A stretch of DNA of 64,000 nt from Clostridiales bacterium (GCA_019416935.1 DXWI01000013.1:2351-66350); one strand, 5' to 3'. Positions 18,420 through 29,210 are shown, counted from the first letter of the stretch. Numbers and translations are program-made. Notes: generated from the letters alone by a model not told the origin.

Positions 18420-19364
18420 TTACATTTGATCCAGATACGCCGCGCCGATGGTACCCGCCGTGTTGCCGAGCGCCGCCCTTTCAATGGGCGGTACGCCGAT
18501 GACGCTACTGGCAAACACATATCGCGGCGCTTTTTCCCGGATGGGGTCGAGCAAAAAATCGCCGGCGCCGGACAATCCGCCGCCAATGAGCACCATTTGC
18601 GGACGAAAGATGCTCACAAATCCCCCAATGCCGTTGGCAACATAGTCGGTATACCGGTCGACAACGCGAAGCGCCGTTTCATCGCCCGTTTTTGCGCAGT
18701 CGATCACAAGCTTGCCCGTAACCGCGCCCTCTTCGGCCGCTGCCGCATGCAGCGCGGATTCCGGGTGCGCGGCCATTGCATCCCTGGCCTGACGGATCAG
18801 CGCAGTCACGGAAGCGTAGGATTCGAGGCAGCCGTTGATGCCGCAGGTACAGGGATAGCCCCCCGCAGTCAACGGCGTATGGCCAAGCTCCGCGCCCATG
18901 CCATCGGCGCCGCAGAACAGCTTTCCGTCAAGGATGACGCCGCCGCCCACGCCCGTGCCAAGCGTCAGCATGATGACATTGCGGCAGCCCTTCGCCGCGC
19001 CGGCAATCGCCTCGCCCGCAATGGCGCAATTGGCGTCATTGCCGATATAAACGGGTGCCGGCAGACGCTTCTCCAGTTCTTCGCGCAGCGGCACGTCACG
19101 CCAGTTGGTGTTGCCGGAAAACACCAGCCGCCCCGTGCTCGGGCTGATGCGGCCCGGCGTGCCGATCCCGACGCAGGGAAAATCCCGCACGCTGAGGCCG
19201 GCCTGTTCCGCAACCGTCTCTGCCGCTGCTGCAATGTCTGCCACCACGCGTAAAAACCCGTCCTCCGTCGGTCTGGAGTGTTGGCAAACGATGCGATGGT
19301 TTTCATCCACGACGCCCGCCTTGATGGTGGTTCCGCCCAAATCGATACCAATCCGATACTGCAT
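18420..19364 (-). CDS. ROK family sugar kinase (glucokinase-like)
   Basis: Trimmed to MQYRIGIDLGGTTIKAGVV after the RBS GGGGGAG. Also GNDANCAIAGE and the zinc motif CTCGINGCLESY. Confidence 0.85.
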   Translation of the reverse strand: MQYRIGIDLGGTTIKAGVVDENHRIVCQHSRPTEDGFLRVVADIAAAAETVAEQAGLSVRDFPCVGIGTPGRISPSTGRLVFSGNTNWRDVPLREELEKRLPAPVYIGNDANCAIAGEAIAGAAKGCRNVIMLTLGTGVGGGVILDGKLFCGADGMGAELGHTPLTAGGYPCTCGINGCLESYASVTALIRQARDAMAAHPESALHAAAAEEGAVTGKLVIDCAKTGDETALRVVDRYTDYVANGIGGFVSIFRPQMVLIGGGLSGAGDFLLDPIREKAPRYVFASSVIGVPPIERAALGNTAGTIGAAYLDQM

Positions 19365-19653
19365 ATCAATCTCCCCCCGCTTTCCGGTTCTTCTATCATG
19401 CCCATGCGCTCGGCCTCCCAGCCGCAGAGCGCCCGATGCGCATATCGTTCTCCGAATCGAATGCCTGTTTTGCCTATCATTCCGGTTCCATGTTTGTTTC
19501 TCAGCTGTTCCGGCAGCAGCGCCTTTGTCTTTGCAGGTGAGCCGGCCGGACAATCCGTTTGAAAGCGAGCGCTTTCGTTTTTCTCTCATATGGCGCGGCC
19601 GCAAGCGCCTCGCACACCAATACGCCAAAGCACCTATTATTTTACAATAATAT

Positions 19654-19689
19654 ACGGTATGCCGCAACCCGCTTGCCGCAGCATACCGT
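19654..19689 (-). terminator. putative terminator
   Basis: ACGGTATGC...GCATACCGT outer stem with an inner GC stem. On the minus strand it is followed by a T-rich run, TATATTATTGTAAAAT. Confidence 0.5.
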
Positions 19690-19713
19690 TCGTTTTAGTT
19701 ATATGGTCCGGCC

Positions 19714-20043
19714 TCAGTCCCAGTCGATCAGACCGGACTCCTCGAGATATTCCTCGCTGTAATCGAGGAAATCCTCGGCAAAACGCATGGCGTACATCTT
19801 ATGCTCCGGAAACGCTTCCATCAATGCGGCCTGCACCCGTTCAAACGCCTCGTCGTCATCGTATACGCCGCCGTCGAGCACGCCGCTCTTCTCCATATAG
19901 TCCTGCTCCGCCTGCTGTGCTCTCGCAACCATTGCGTCGAGATCCACGCCGTCGAGCACCAGAAAATCGCCCTGCTCGCGGAATTTGGCCAGGATATAGG
20001 CGCGCGCCGCCGCCGCATCGAATACCGCTTCGTTCTGTTCCAT
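19714..20043 (-). CDS. hypothetical acidic protein
   Basis: 109-aa ORF directly downstream of pepF (10-nt gap), very Asp/Glu-rich. No family recognised. Confidence 0.55.
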   Translation of the reverse strand: MEQNEAVFDAAAARAYILAKFREQGDFLVLDGVDLDAMVARAQQAEQDYMEKSGVLDGGVYDDDEAFERVQAALMEAFPEHKMYAMRFAEDFLDYSEEYLEESGLIDWD

Positions 20044-20053
20044 CGTTATCTCC

Positions 20054-21832
20054 TTATTTCAAAAGTTCGCACAGTTCATCCACGCCGCGCTCAAACACCT
20101 CGAGCGCCGAGACAATGCTGTTCTTATCGGTCAGATCCACGCCCGCGTTCTGCAACAGGCGGATCGGATAATCGCTGCCGCCGCTCGAGAGAAACTCGAG
20201 ATACCGCGGCGTTCCGTTGTTCTCCAGAATGTCCCTCGCAAGAGCCGTGGCCGTGCAGATGCCGGTGGCATACTGGTACACATAGAACGCATTATAAAAA
20301 TGCGGAATGCGCATCCACTCGCTGGCAATATCCTCGTCCACAACCACGCCGTCGTAGTACAGCTCGTTGAGCTTGCGGTAGACGTCGTTCAGGCTCTCGA
20401 CCGTCAGCGGCTCTCCGTTCTCCGCCATGCGGTGTGCCTTGAGTTCAAACTCGGCAAACATCGTCTGGCGGAAGCAGGTCGTGCGATAGCTCTCGAGCTG
20501 TTGATTGAGCAGGTAGGCACGCTTGACCCGGTCGGTCTCCTTGCCGAGCAGGTACTGCATCATGAGCGTTTCATTGACGGTGGAAGCGACCTCCGCGACC
20601 ATGATCTTGTAATCGGCGGTCTCGTACGGCTGCTTCTCGTTGGAATGGTACGAGTGCATGGCATGGCCGAGCTCGTGTGCCAGCGTGAACGCATGGTCTA
20701 CATTGTCCTGATGGTTGAGCAGCACGAACGGATGTACGCCATAAACGCCCCATGAGAATGCGCCGGAGGTCTTGCCGGCATTCTCGTACACATCGATCCA
20801 ATGGTTGTTGTACGCCTCATCGAGCAGCTCCCCATAGCGCTCTCCCAGCGGCTTGAGCGCCGTCTTCACGAGCGTCTTGGCCTCCTCGTAGTCCATCGGC
20901 ATGGCGCAGTCCGGCACGATGGGCGTATACAGATCGTACATTTCAAGCTGATCGAGCCCGAGCATGCGCTTACGCAGCTCCAGATATTTTTGCAGTGCGG
21001 GCAGCTTTTCATGCACTGCCTCGATGAGCTGCTCGTACACCGCGACCGGCACGTTGTTACCGTCCAGTGCAGCCTCGAGCGAGCCGGCATATCCACGCGC
21101 ACGGGCACGGAACACATCCGCCTTGACGGACGCGGCATACGTTGCCGCGATGGTGTTACGGACGCTGCGATACGCCTTGTACAATCCGCGGAAAGCATCG
21201 CAGCGCACGCGGCGGTCGGCGCTTTCCAGCAGCAGGCCGTAGGTGCTGTGTGTCAGCTTGATCTCCTTGCCGTTTTCATCCACTACCGTTCCAAAATCCA
21301 GGTCCACATCGGACAGCATGGTGAACGCATTGTCCGCGCCGCCGAGCGGGTCCTCCGCCATGGCCAGAATGCGCTCCTCCGCGGCGCTGAGCGTGTGTGC
21401 GCGCTGCCGGTCGAGATCCTGCAGGAAGAATCGGAAGGACTTGAAGCGCGGCTCCTCTGCCCAGCCAAGCAGCGTTTCCGGGTCAATCGACAGGATTTCC
21501 GGCTGGACGAACGATGAGGCCGCCTGCGCGGCGATGATGGTCTGCATGGCCCGGTCGGTCATGCCCTGATATGTGGAATTGCCGTTGTCGGTGTCCTTGT
21601 GCAGGTGCGCATAGGTATAGATGAGCAGCAGCTGCCGGTCGGCGTTGCTCTGCAGCTTCAGCAGTTCGAGCAGCGTGTCCGCGCTCTCGCCGAGCCGCCC
21701 GCGATAGCTCTCAATTCTCTCAATGTTCCTCTGTGCCTCAAGGAGCGCCTGCTCCCAAGCGGCGTCGCTCTCAAAGATATCCGTCAACCGCCACTGGAGC
21801 TGCGGATCCATTTCCTGACGGGTTTTTGACAT
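20054..21832 (-). CDS. pepF: oligoendopeptidase F (M3B)
   Basis: Trimmed to MSKTRQEMDPQLQWRLTDIF after the RBS AAGGAGG. HELGH zinc motif. Confidence 0.9.
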   Translation of the reverse strand: MSKTRQEMDPQLQWRLTDIFESDAAWEQALLEAQRNIERIESYRGRLGESADTLLELLKLQSNADRQLLLIYTYAHLHKDTDNGNSTYQGMTDRAMQTIIAAQAASSFVQPEILSIDPETLLGWAEEPRFKSFRFFLQDLDRQRAHTLSAAEERILAMAEDPLGGADNAFTMLSDVDLDFGTVVDENGKEIKLTHSTYGLLLESADRRVRCDAFRGLYKAYRSVRNTIAATYAASVKADVFRARARGYAGSLEAALDGNNVPVAVYEQLIEAVHEKLPALQKYLELRKRMLGLDQLEMYDLYTPIVPDCAMPMDYEEAKTLVKTALKPLGERYGELLDEAYNNHWIDVYENAGKTSGAFSWGVYGVHPFVLLNHQDNVDHAFTLAHELGHAMHSYHSNEKQPYETADYKIMVAEVASTVNETLMMQYLLGKETDRVKRAYLLNQQLESYRTTCFRQTMFAEFELKAHRMAENGEPLTVESLNDVYRKLNELYYDGVVVDEDIASEWMRIPHFYNAFYVYQYATGICTATALARDILENNGTPRYLEFLSSGGSDYPIRLLQNAGVDLTDKNSIVSALEVFERGVDELCELLK

Positions 21833-21894
21833 GGTTTTCCTCCTTGAAAATTTTGGTTTATTTTTTTTAATGATAGCACGTTTCTTTCGCCGTG

Positions 21895-22146
21895 TCACCC
21901 CGTGATGCGGGTATTTGCCTGCATTTCGACAAACCATTTTGGATCTTCATAGTAGAGATACCGTTCCCTGCCGCCGATCAGGCAGCGATAGCGCAGACCG
22001 GTTCCGCCTGCTTTGAGACTCGCCGCACGGCGCACATCCGTCACGCGGTCGACCGGAAAGCGCCGGCCGTCCTCCCAGATGATACACAGCGGTCTGAGCC
22101 CGCCGCCCTCATCGAACCGGGCTTCCACCGCAACATACTGTTTCAT
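21895..22146 (-). CDS. small conserved-looking protein translationally coupled to dinB
   Basis: 83 aa. Its ATG overlaps the dinB TGA (ATGA at 22143-22146), and a strong SD GGAGGAGG sits inside the dinB 3' end. Confidence 0.6.
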   Translation of the reverse strand: MKQYVAVEARFDEGGGLRPLCIIWEDGRRFPVDRVTDVRRAASLKAGGTGLRYRCLIGGRERYLYYEDPKWFVEMQANTRITG

Positions 22147-23408
22147 GTTTCCTCCTCCGCAATCGTTCGCCGCCAGCCAGCCGGGTGGATCGTGTTCTCC
22201 TCGCGCGGATTCAGCCCGCCGATATCCGTATCGGTCAGGAAGATCGCCCGACCGATGCTGTGATACCCAAAGCGCCGCCGGATGTCGTCCACCGCCGCCT
22301 CGGCGCGGGCCGCGCGGTCGCGCGCCGCCTCATCCTCAAACAGGGAGAGCTGTGACGGCGCATGCGGGCCAAGCAGCTCCGATGTGCCGACAGACAGGCT
22401 CCTCACCGGCGTCTGCCAATGATAGTTTGCCCGAAACAGCGCCATAGCAAGCGCGGCAAGCTCCATCGTCAAATTGCTCGGTTTTTCGAGCTTTGCCTGC
22501 CGCGTAAAGGAGAACAGTCCGGCGTCGCGCACGGACAGATGCACCGTGCGCGCCCGCTGCCCATTGGCGCGCAGCCGCGCCGCGACCGATTCGCACAGCA
22601 TGGTGATCGTCAGATATACATCCTGCTCACAGGTCAAATCGCGCGGCGTTGTGACGCCGTTTCCGATCGACTTTGCCTCCCGCTCCGCATCCATTCGCTC
22701 CACCGGCACGCTGTCCCGACCGTTTGCAAAGTCATGCAGCATCAGCCCGACCTTGCCAAAGTGCGACTTGAGCACCGCCGCGGGCATTCCGGCCAGTTCC
22801 CCAATCGTATCCACGCCCATGCGGCGAAGCTTTTCGGTTGTGGCTCTGCCGATATACAGCAAATCGGAGACCGGCAGCGGCCAGACCTTTTCGCGATAAT
22901 TCTGCGGCGTGATCAGCGTAACAGCGTCGGGCTTTTTCATGTCTGATCCCAGCTTTGCAAACACCTTGTTGGGCGCAACGCCGATCGAAGCGGTAATGCC
23001 CAATTCGGTTTTAACGCGCAGACGAATTTCATCGGCAATGCGGCGGGCATCGGCAAAATTGTTCGTGATCGCCGTCACATCAATCCAGTTCTCATCGAGG
23101 CCGAACGCCTCGACCCGGTCGGAATATTCGGCGTAAATCTCTCTGCCGAGGCGGGAAAAGCGCTGGTAGGCCGGAAAATCCGGCTGGACGGTGACGAGCG
23201 CCGGGCACTTTTGGCGTGCCTGCCAGATGGCCTCCCCCGTTTTGACGCCGAAGCGCTTGGCCGTCTCGTTCTTGGCAAGAATGATCCCGTGGCGCGCTGC
23301 CGGATCGCCCGCGACCGCCACCGGTCTGCCGCGCAGCGCCGGGTCGAGCAGACATGCGACGGAGGCATAAAACCCATTGAAATCCGCGTGCAGAATCCTT
23401 CGTTCCAT
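22143..23408 (-). CDS. dinB: Y-family DNA polymerase IV
   Basis: MERRILHADFNGFYASVACLLDPALRGRPVAV...; the second ATG was chosen because AAGGAG lies 7 nt upstream of it. Confidence 0.9.
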   Translation of the reverse strand: MERRILHADFNGFYASVACLLDPALRGRPVAVAGDPAARHGIILAKNETAKRFGVKTGEAIWQARQKCPALVTVQPDFPAYQRFSRLGREIYAEYSDRVEAFGLDENWIDVTAITNNFADARRIADEIRLRVKTELGITASIGVAPNKVFAKLGSDMKKPDAVTLITPQNYREKVWPLPVSDLLYIGRATTEKLRRMGVDTIGELAGMPAAVLKSHFGKVGLMLHDFANGRDSVPVERMDAEREAKSIGNGVTTPRDLTCEQDVYLTITMLCESVAARLRANGQRARTVHLSVRDAGLFSFTRQAKLEKPSNLTMELAALAMALFRANYHWQTPVRSLSVGTSELLGPHAPSQLSLFEDEAARDRAARAEAAVDDIRRRFGYHSIGRAIFLTDTDIGGLNPREENTIHPAGWRRTIAEEET

Positions 23409-23427
23409 CCCCATGCTCCTTTGTTCT

Positions 23428-23449
23428 CATACGAACATTTGTTCGTATG
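23428..23449 (-). promoter_or_regulatory. LexA (SOS/Cheo) box
   Basis: Perfect palindrome CATACGAACATTTGTTCGTATG with a GAAC-N4-GTTC core, between the -10 and the dinB RBS. Confidence 0.8.
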
Positions 23450-23454
23450 CCTTT

Positions 23455-23482
23455 ATTATAGCCCATTCACCAAGAAAGTCAA
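23455..23482 (-). promoter_or_regulatory. dinB promoter (TTGACT-16-TATAAT)
   Basis: Minus strand: TTGACT (23482-23477), a 16-nt spacer, TATAAT (23460-23455). Confidence 0.6.
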
Positions 23483-23524
23483 TGGGTAATTTTTTACAGT
23501 TTTGAAAAGGCGTTGCATGAGGAA

Positions 23525-23553
23525 TTGCTTTTTCCCATACGGTATGCTATGTT
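23525..23553 (+). promoter_or_regulatory. putative promoter (TTGCTT-17-TATGTT), leaderless geometry
   Basis: The -10 ends 6 nt before the ATG at 23560. No SD. Confidence 0.35.
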
Positions 23554-23559
23554 TGACCC

Positions 23560-24393
23560 ATGAAGAGATTTGTTTTGTTGTTTCTGTGCGTCGCCTGCCT
23601 GTTGTGCGGCTGCCGCCACGGCGGCGGCACATTGAACGTGCACGTGTTTTCCATCGGACAGGCGGACAGCATCCTGCTGACAGACGGCGGCGCGTCGGTG
23701 CTCATCGACACCGGAGAAAAGGATGATGGCGGACAGATTGCGGATTCGCTGTCCGCGCTCGGTATCGACCGGATCGACCTGCTGATATTGACCCACTTCG
23801 ATAAGGATCATATCGGCGGCGCGCCGGAGCTGCTCTCGCGCGTGGCGGTCGATCGCGTGCTGACGCCCGCCTATACGCCGGACAGCAAGCGCTATAAAAA
23901 GCTTCTCGAAGCGCTGGATCAGGCCGGACTCACCGCGCAGCAGCTGGCCGCGGATACGTCGCTGTCGGTCGGCGGCATGGCGCTCGATATCTGGACACCC
24001 AAAGCGGCCTATGCGGCAAGCGACGCTGCGGAACAGGCGGACACGGACAACGATCAGTCGCTCGTCGTGCGGCTGGCCTTCGGCGATACCCGCCTGCTGC
24101 TCCTTGGCGACGCAGAGGATGCGCGCACCGAAGAACTGCTCGGCGGCGGCTATGACCTTGCCTGCGACATTCTCAAAATACCGCATCACGGCCGGTACCA
24201 TGCGACCAGCGGCGCGCTGCTCGACGCGGCCGCTCCCGCCTATGCGCTCATCACCGACTCCACGAAAAACCCGGCTGAAACCGACCTGATCGCGCTGCTC
24301 GACGCACGCGGTATTCAAACGATGCGCACCATGGACGGCGATCTGGTCCTTACCATACAGGGCGGCCGGATCACCGCCGCGATCGATCGCTGA
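23560..24393 (+). CDS. MBL-fold metallo-hydrolase lipoprotein (ComEC C-terminal-domain-like)
   Basis: Lipobox LLCGC; VHVFSIGQADSILL...LILTHFDKDHIGG...KIPHHG. Confidence 0.8.
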   Translation: MKRFVLLFLCVACLLCGCRHGGGTLNVHVFSIGQADSILLTDGGASVLIDTGEKDDGGQIADSLSALGIDRIDLLILTHFDKDHIGGAPELLSRVAVDRVLTPAYTPDSKRYKKLLEALDQAGLTAQQLAADTSLSVGGMALDIWTPKAAYAASDAAEQADTDNDQSLVVRLAFGDTRLLLLGDAEDARTEELLGGGYDLACDILKIPHHGRYHATSGALLDAAAPAYALITDSTKNPAETDLIALLDARGIQTMRTMDGDLVLTIQGGRITAAIDR

Positions 24394-24555
24394 GTGCGGC
24401 AGCGGCGGACGCCCGCTGCCCCCGGCGAAAAATCGGGTTTTCCTTGCAAACGGCAGTATCCACAATCAAGATGCACGGTCGTCTTTTCAAATGATTGCCG
24501 GACAGCAGCGCCGTATGGATGTGCAGTGCATACCCGCAGCAAAAGGAGTTTGGAT

Positions 24556-25440
24556 ATGAAAAAATGTTTTGCCTCCCTGCTCTGCCTGATTTTGAGTCTG
24601 CCCCTGTTGGGATGTGCCGATTTGCCTCCGATTGAAGCGACGCCGACGCCCGCGAATGCGGAACCGTCTCCCGCTGCAAGGGATTCTCTGATCACGGTGC
24701 ATTCCGGGGGGGACAGCATCGAGCCGTATATGCACTTTTCCTACTCAAGCACATGGATGGGCGACGGGTTTTTAGCGGCTGACGGTACGCCGCTTCAGTG
24801 GGAGCTTTCCGAATTGGCCGGGGCGGAAGCACTCCCCGCACTGACTTATGCGGAAGACTTCTCCGTGACATATGCGGAGAACGTGCGCTTTTCACAAATT
24901 CTGCTGTTCAGCGATGAAACGACGCAGCTGGATACCCTGTATGATGTGAATGACTTATCCACGCTGGATGCGGGGTTCTATTATGCCGGCATTGCAATCG
25001 ATGTGCGGGGAATCCATATCGCCGAGGCCGACGCCTATGAGCACAGCGGATGGGTGTGTGCGTTTATTCTGCGCGTAGAGAAGGGCTTGCCGGACATGCC
25101 CGAACTGCGTGGCTGCTTCGACAGCGGCAGCATGGATATCGACGGCGACGGCGTAATCGAGGATTACACGATAGGCTATGGCCCGACATCCGGGCTGTTC
25201 ACCTACGGCATACGCGCGTGTGTAAACGGAGAGCCGAAATACTACAACCTATACAACAGTGACGCTTACAGGACGATACGCTTCGAGCAGGCGGCGGATG
25301 GCAGCGTTTTCCTGTTGACGCAGGAGCAGTCGGGCAGTACAAAGGCGTTCGCCGTCTCCGTTGAAAACGGGAACATCGTATTGACCGGAGAGGGCGGCGG
25401 TGTCGAGGCGTATTGGGGTCCGCAGGGCGCAGGAAAGTGA
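24556..25440 (+). CDS. hypothetical lipoprotein
   Basis: Trimmed to MKKCFASLLCLILSLPLLGCADL after the RBS AAAGGAG. No family recognised. Confidence 0.6.
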   Translation: MKKCFASLLCLILSLPLLGCADLPPIEATPTPANAEPSPAARDSLITVHSGGDSIEPYMHFSYSSTWMGDGFLAADGTPLQWELSELAGAEALPALTYAEDFSVTYAENVRFSQILLFSDETTQLDTLYDVNDLSTLDAGFYYAGIAIDVRGIHIAEADAYEHSGWVCAFILRVEKGLPDMPELRGCFDSGSMDIDGDGVIEDYTIGYGPTSGLFTYGIRACVNGEPKYYNLYNSDAYRTIRFEQAADGSVFLLTQEQSGSTKAFAVSVENGNIVLTGEGGGVEAYWGPQGAGK

Positions 25441-25552
25441 TGGTTCTCATGGCTTGAAACCCGCTGCGCACGAACGGAGCCGACAGCGCGCTTCTGCATT
25501 GTTCCCATCGTGAAATACAGCGGAAGCGGAGAGGCCCCCTTTGCGGGGCCGT

Positions 25553-25900
25553 CTATCGTAAAACTTTATCGAGCGGCTTCCCTTTTGCGAGTTCGTCGAT
25601 CAGTTTATCCAGATACCGAATCTCCCGCATGAGCGGTTGCTGCACGTCCTCCACCCGCACGCCGCATACCGTACCTCGAATCTGAAGCCGGTTTTCATTG
25701 AGATGCGGAGCGCCGTCGAAAAACTCCCGGTATGTGATGGCCGAATTCGCCAGAGTTTCGAGCTGTTCCCGGCCATACCCCGTCAGCCAACAAATCACGG
25801 TGTTCACTTCCTCCCGCGTTCTCCCCTTTTTCACGGCTTTATTTACCAGCAGCGCATATACCTTTAAAAACGGCATGCGGTATACCTTTTCTTGATCCAT
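25553..25900 (-). CDS. DUF2200 family protein
   Basis: MDQEKVYRMPFLKVYALLVNKAVKKGRTREEV...VCGVRVEDVQQPLMREIRYLDKLIDELAKGKP matches DUF2200 from memory. Confidence 0.8.
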   Translation of the reverse strand: MDQEKVYRMPFLKVYALLVNKAVKKGRTREEVNTVICWLTGYGREQLETLANSAITYREFFDGAPHLNENRLQIRGTVCGVRVEDVQQPLMREIRYLDKLIDELAKGKPLDKVLR

Positions 25901-25975
25901 GCGTCCCCTCTTTCCCCGCAGCCGGCGGCTTCGGCCCGGGATCAACCGCCCCGGCGGCCGTCCGCGCGATACGGC

Positions 25976-27284
<1,309 letters not shown>

Positions 27285-27316
27285 AGAAAACGCCTCCTTT
27301 GCTCTATACCATGGAT

Positions 27317-27325
27317 AGTATAGCA
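27317..27325 (-). promoter_or_regulatory. extended -10 (TGCTATACT) upstream of the CopZ-like gene, overlapped by an inverted repeat
   Basis: The minus strand reads TGCTATACT. The inverted repeat CTATAC-N8-GTATAG spans 27304-27323. Confidence 0.4.
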
Positions 27326-27376
27326 CAAAGAAGGCGAATTTAGTTTTACAAACTCATCATTTGTTGGAAAATATCG

Positions 27377-27574
27377 TTAACAACCGCAGGTGCGTACCGT
27401 CGAACCGCAGCCGCAGCCGCAGTCGGAGTCATGGCCGCCACAGTTGCAGAAACGGGAAAGCAGCAGAATCCAGATCAAGCTGTCGCAGGTGTTTCCATCA
27501 TTGTCCAGCAGGAGCAGCAGGATAATGATCCACCACATGCTATTTCCGCCGCAGAAATTGTTCATACAACCCAT
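27377..27574 (-). CDS. small Cys/Gly-rich protein with two hydrophobic segments
   Basis: 65 aa: MGCMNNFCGGNSMWWIIILLLLLDNDGNTCDSLIWILLLSRFCNCGGHDSDCGCGCGSTVRTCGC. Strong RBS GAGGAGG 7 nt upstream. Confidence 0.6.
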   Translation of the reverse strand: MGCMNNFCGGNSMWWIIILLLLLDNDGNTCDSLIWILLLSRFCNCGGHDSDCGCGCGSTVRTCGC

Positions 27575-27676
27575 AAAGAAACCTCCTCAAAGTGTTTTTG
27601 TCGCCAACGGCTGCGCGCCGCCGGATACTGTATACTACGCGATTGGCAAAAACCTTGTGCTTGTCCGCCTCCGACC

Positions 27677-27705
27677 TTGACAAAACGGCATTTCTACCCA
27701 ATAAT
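27677..27705 (+). promoter_or_regulatory. putative glyQS promoter (TTGACA-17-AATAAT)
   Basis: TTGACA at 27677-27682 and AATAAT at 27700-27705. This leaves a leader of only about 65 nt. Confidence 0.5.
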
Positions 27706-27773
27706 ATATGGGTGATAATTTTCAAATTGGCTATGTCCGGTTTTGTTGGAAATTTGAGGAGGGAAAAACAGTT

Positions 27774-29162
27774 ATGGCAGTGGAAAAGACGATGGACAAG
27801 ATCGTTTCGTTGTGCAAGGGACGCGGCTTTATCTTTGCAGGCAGCGAAATTTACGGCGGCCTCGCGAACACCTGGGACTATGGCCCGCTCGGCGTAGAGT
27901 TTAAGAACAACGTCAAAAAGGCCTGGTGGCGCAAGTTTGTACAGGAAAGCCCGTATAATGTGGGCATGGACGCCGCCATTCTGATGAACCCCGAGACTTG
28001 GGTGGCCAGCGGCCATGTGGGCGGCTTTTCCGACCCGCTGATGGACTGCAAGGCCTGCAAAGCCCGCTTCCGCGCCGACCAGCTCATCGAAGCGTATGCC
28101 AGCGAGCACGGCATGGACGTGCGCCCGGACGGCTGGTCCAACAAACAGATGGAGCAGTTTATCGTGGACAACGGCATCGTCTGTCCCGAGTGCGGCAAGG
28201 CTGAGTTCACCGGCATTCGCCAGTTCAACCTGATGTTCAAAACGTTTCAGGGCGTGACCGAAGATACCGCCTCCGAGCTGTATCTGCGTCCGGAGACCGC
28301 GCAGGGCATCTTTGTCAACTTCCGCAATGTGCAGCGCACCACGCGCAGGAAGATCCCGTTCGGCATTGCGCAGATCGGCAAATCCTTCCGCAACGAGATT
28401 ACGCCCGGCAACTTCACGTTCCGCACCCGCGAATTTGAGCAGATGGAGCTGGAGTTCTTCTGCGAGCCCGGCACTGACCTCGAGTGGTATGCCTACTGGA
28501 AGGACTACTGTAAGAACTTCCTGCTGTCGCTCGGCATGCAGGAGGCGCACATCAAGCTGCGCGAGCATGAGCAGGCCGAGCTCTCGCACTACAGCAAGGG
28601 CACGACGGACATCGAGTTCCTGTTCCCGTTCGGCTGGGGCGAGCTCTGGGGCATTGCAGACCGCACGGACTTTGACCTGAAATCCCATGCCAATCACAGC
28701 GGCGAGAACTTCGAGTATCAGGATCCGTTCAATGGCAAGAAGTACGTTCCCTACTGCGTGGAGCCTTCGCTCGGCGCGGATCGCGTAGCGCTCGCCTTCC
28801 TGTGCGAAGCCTATGACGAGGAGACGCTCGAGGGCGGTGACACGCGCACGGTGCTGCGCCTGCACGGCGCGCTCGCGCCCTACAAGGCCGCAGTGCTGCC
28901 GCTGTCCAAGAAGCTGAGCGAAAAAGCCTCCGAGGTTTATGCGCAGCTCTCCAAGAAGTACATGATCGATTATGATGAAACCGGCTCGATCGGCAAGCGC
29001 TATCGCCGCGAGGATGAGATCGGCACGCCGCTTTGCATCACGGTGGATTTCGACACCGAAACCGATGGCTGCGTGACCATCCGCGACCGTGACACCATGG
29101 AACAGGTGCGCGTTCCCATTGCAGAAATCGGCGCGCACATTGAGCAGAAGATCGATTTTTGA
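27774..29162 (+). CDS. glyQS: glycine--tRNA ligase (single-chain class II)
   Basis: [40 protein letters not shown]...; class II motifs; RBS GAGGAGGG. Confidence 0.95.
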   Translation: MAVEKTMDKIVSLCKGRGFIFAGSEIYGGLANTWDYGPLGVEFKNNVKKAWWRKFVQESPYNVGMDAAILMNPETWVASGHVGGFSDPLMDCKACKARFRADQLIEAYASEHGMDVRPDGWSNKQMEQFIVDNGIVCPECGKAEFTGIRQFNLMFKTFQGVTEDTASELYLRPETAQGIFVNFRNVQRTTRRKIPFGIAQIGKSFRNEITPGNFTFRTREFEQMELEFFCEPGTDLEWYAYWKDYCKNFLLSLGMQEAHIKLREHEQAELSHYSKGTTDIEFLFPFGWGELWGIADRTDFDLKSHANHSGENFEYQDPFNGKKYVPYCVEPSLGADRVALAFLCEAYDEETLEGGDTRTVLRLHGALAPYKAAVLPLSKKLSEKASEVYAQLSKKYMIDYDETGSIGKRYRREDEIGTPLCITVDFDTETDGCVTIRDRDTMEQVRVPIAEIGAHIEQKIDF

Positions 29163-29175
29163 CGACCCGCCATCT

Positions 29176-29210
29176 GCTCCCGCCGACACACGGCGGGAGC
29201 ACTTATATTT
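29176..29210 (+). terminator. putative terminator
   Basis: GCTCCCGCC/GGCGGGAGC 9-bp stem followed by ACTTATATTT. Confidence 0.45.

Noticed and set aside
27575-27773. Expected T-box leader upstream of glyQS
   Set aside because: The predicted promoter leaves only about 65 nt of leader. There is no specifier stem, AGAGA/GNUGGNA elements or T-box sequence.
27540-29189. 549-aa ORF antisense to glyQS
   Set aside because: glyQS on the plus strand is unambiguous. The antisense product has no motifs and shadow composition.
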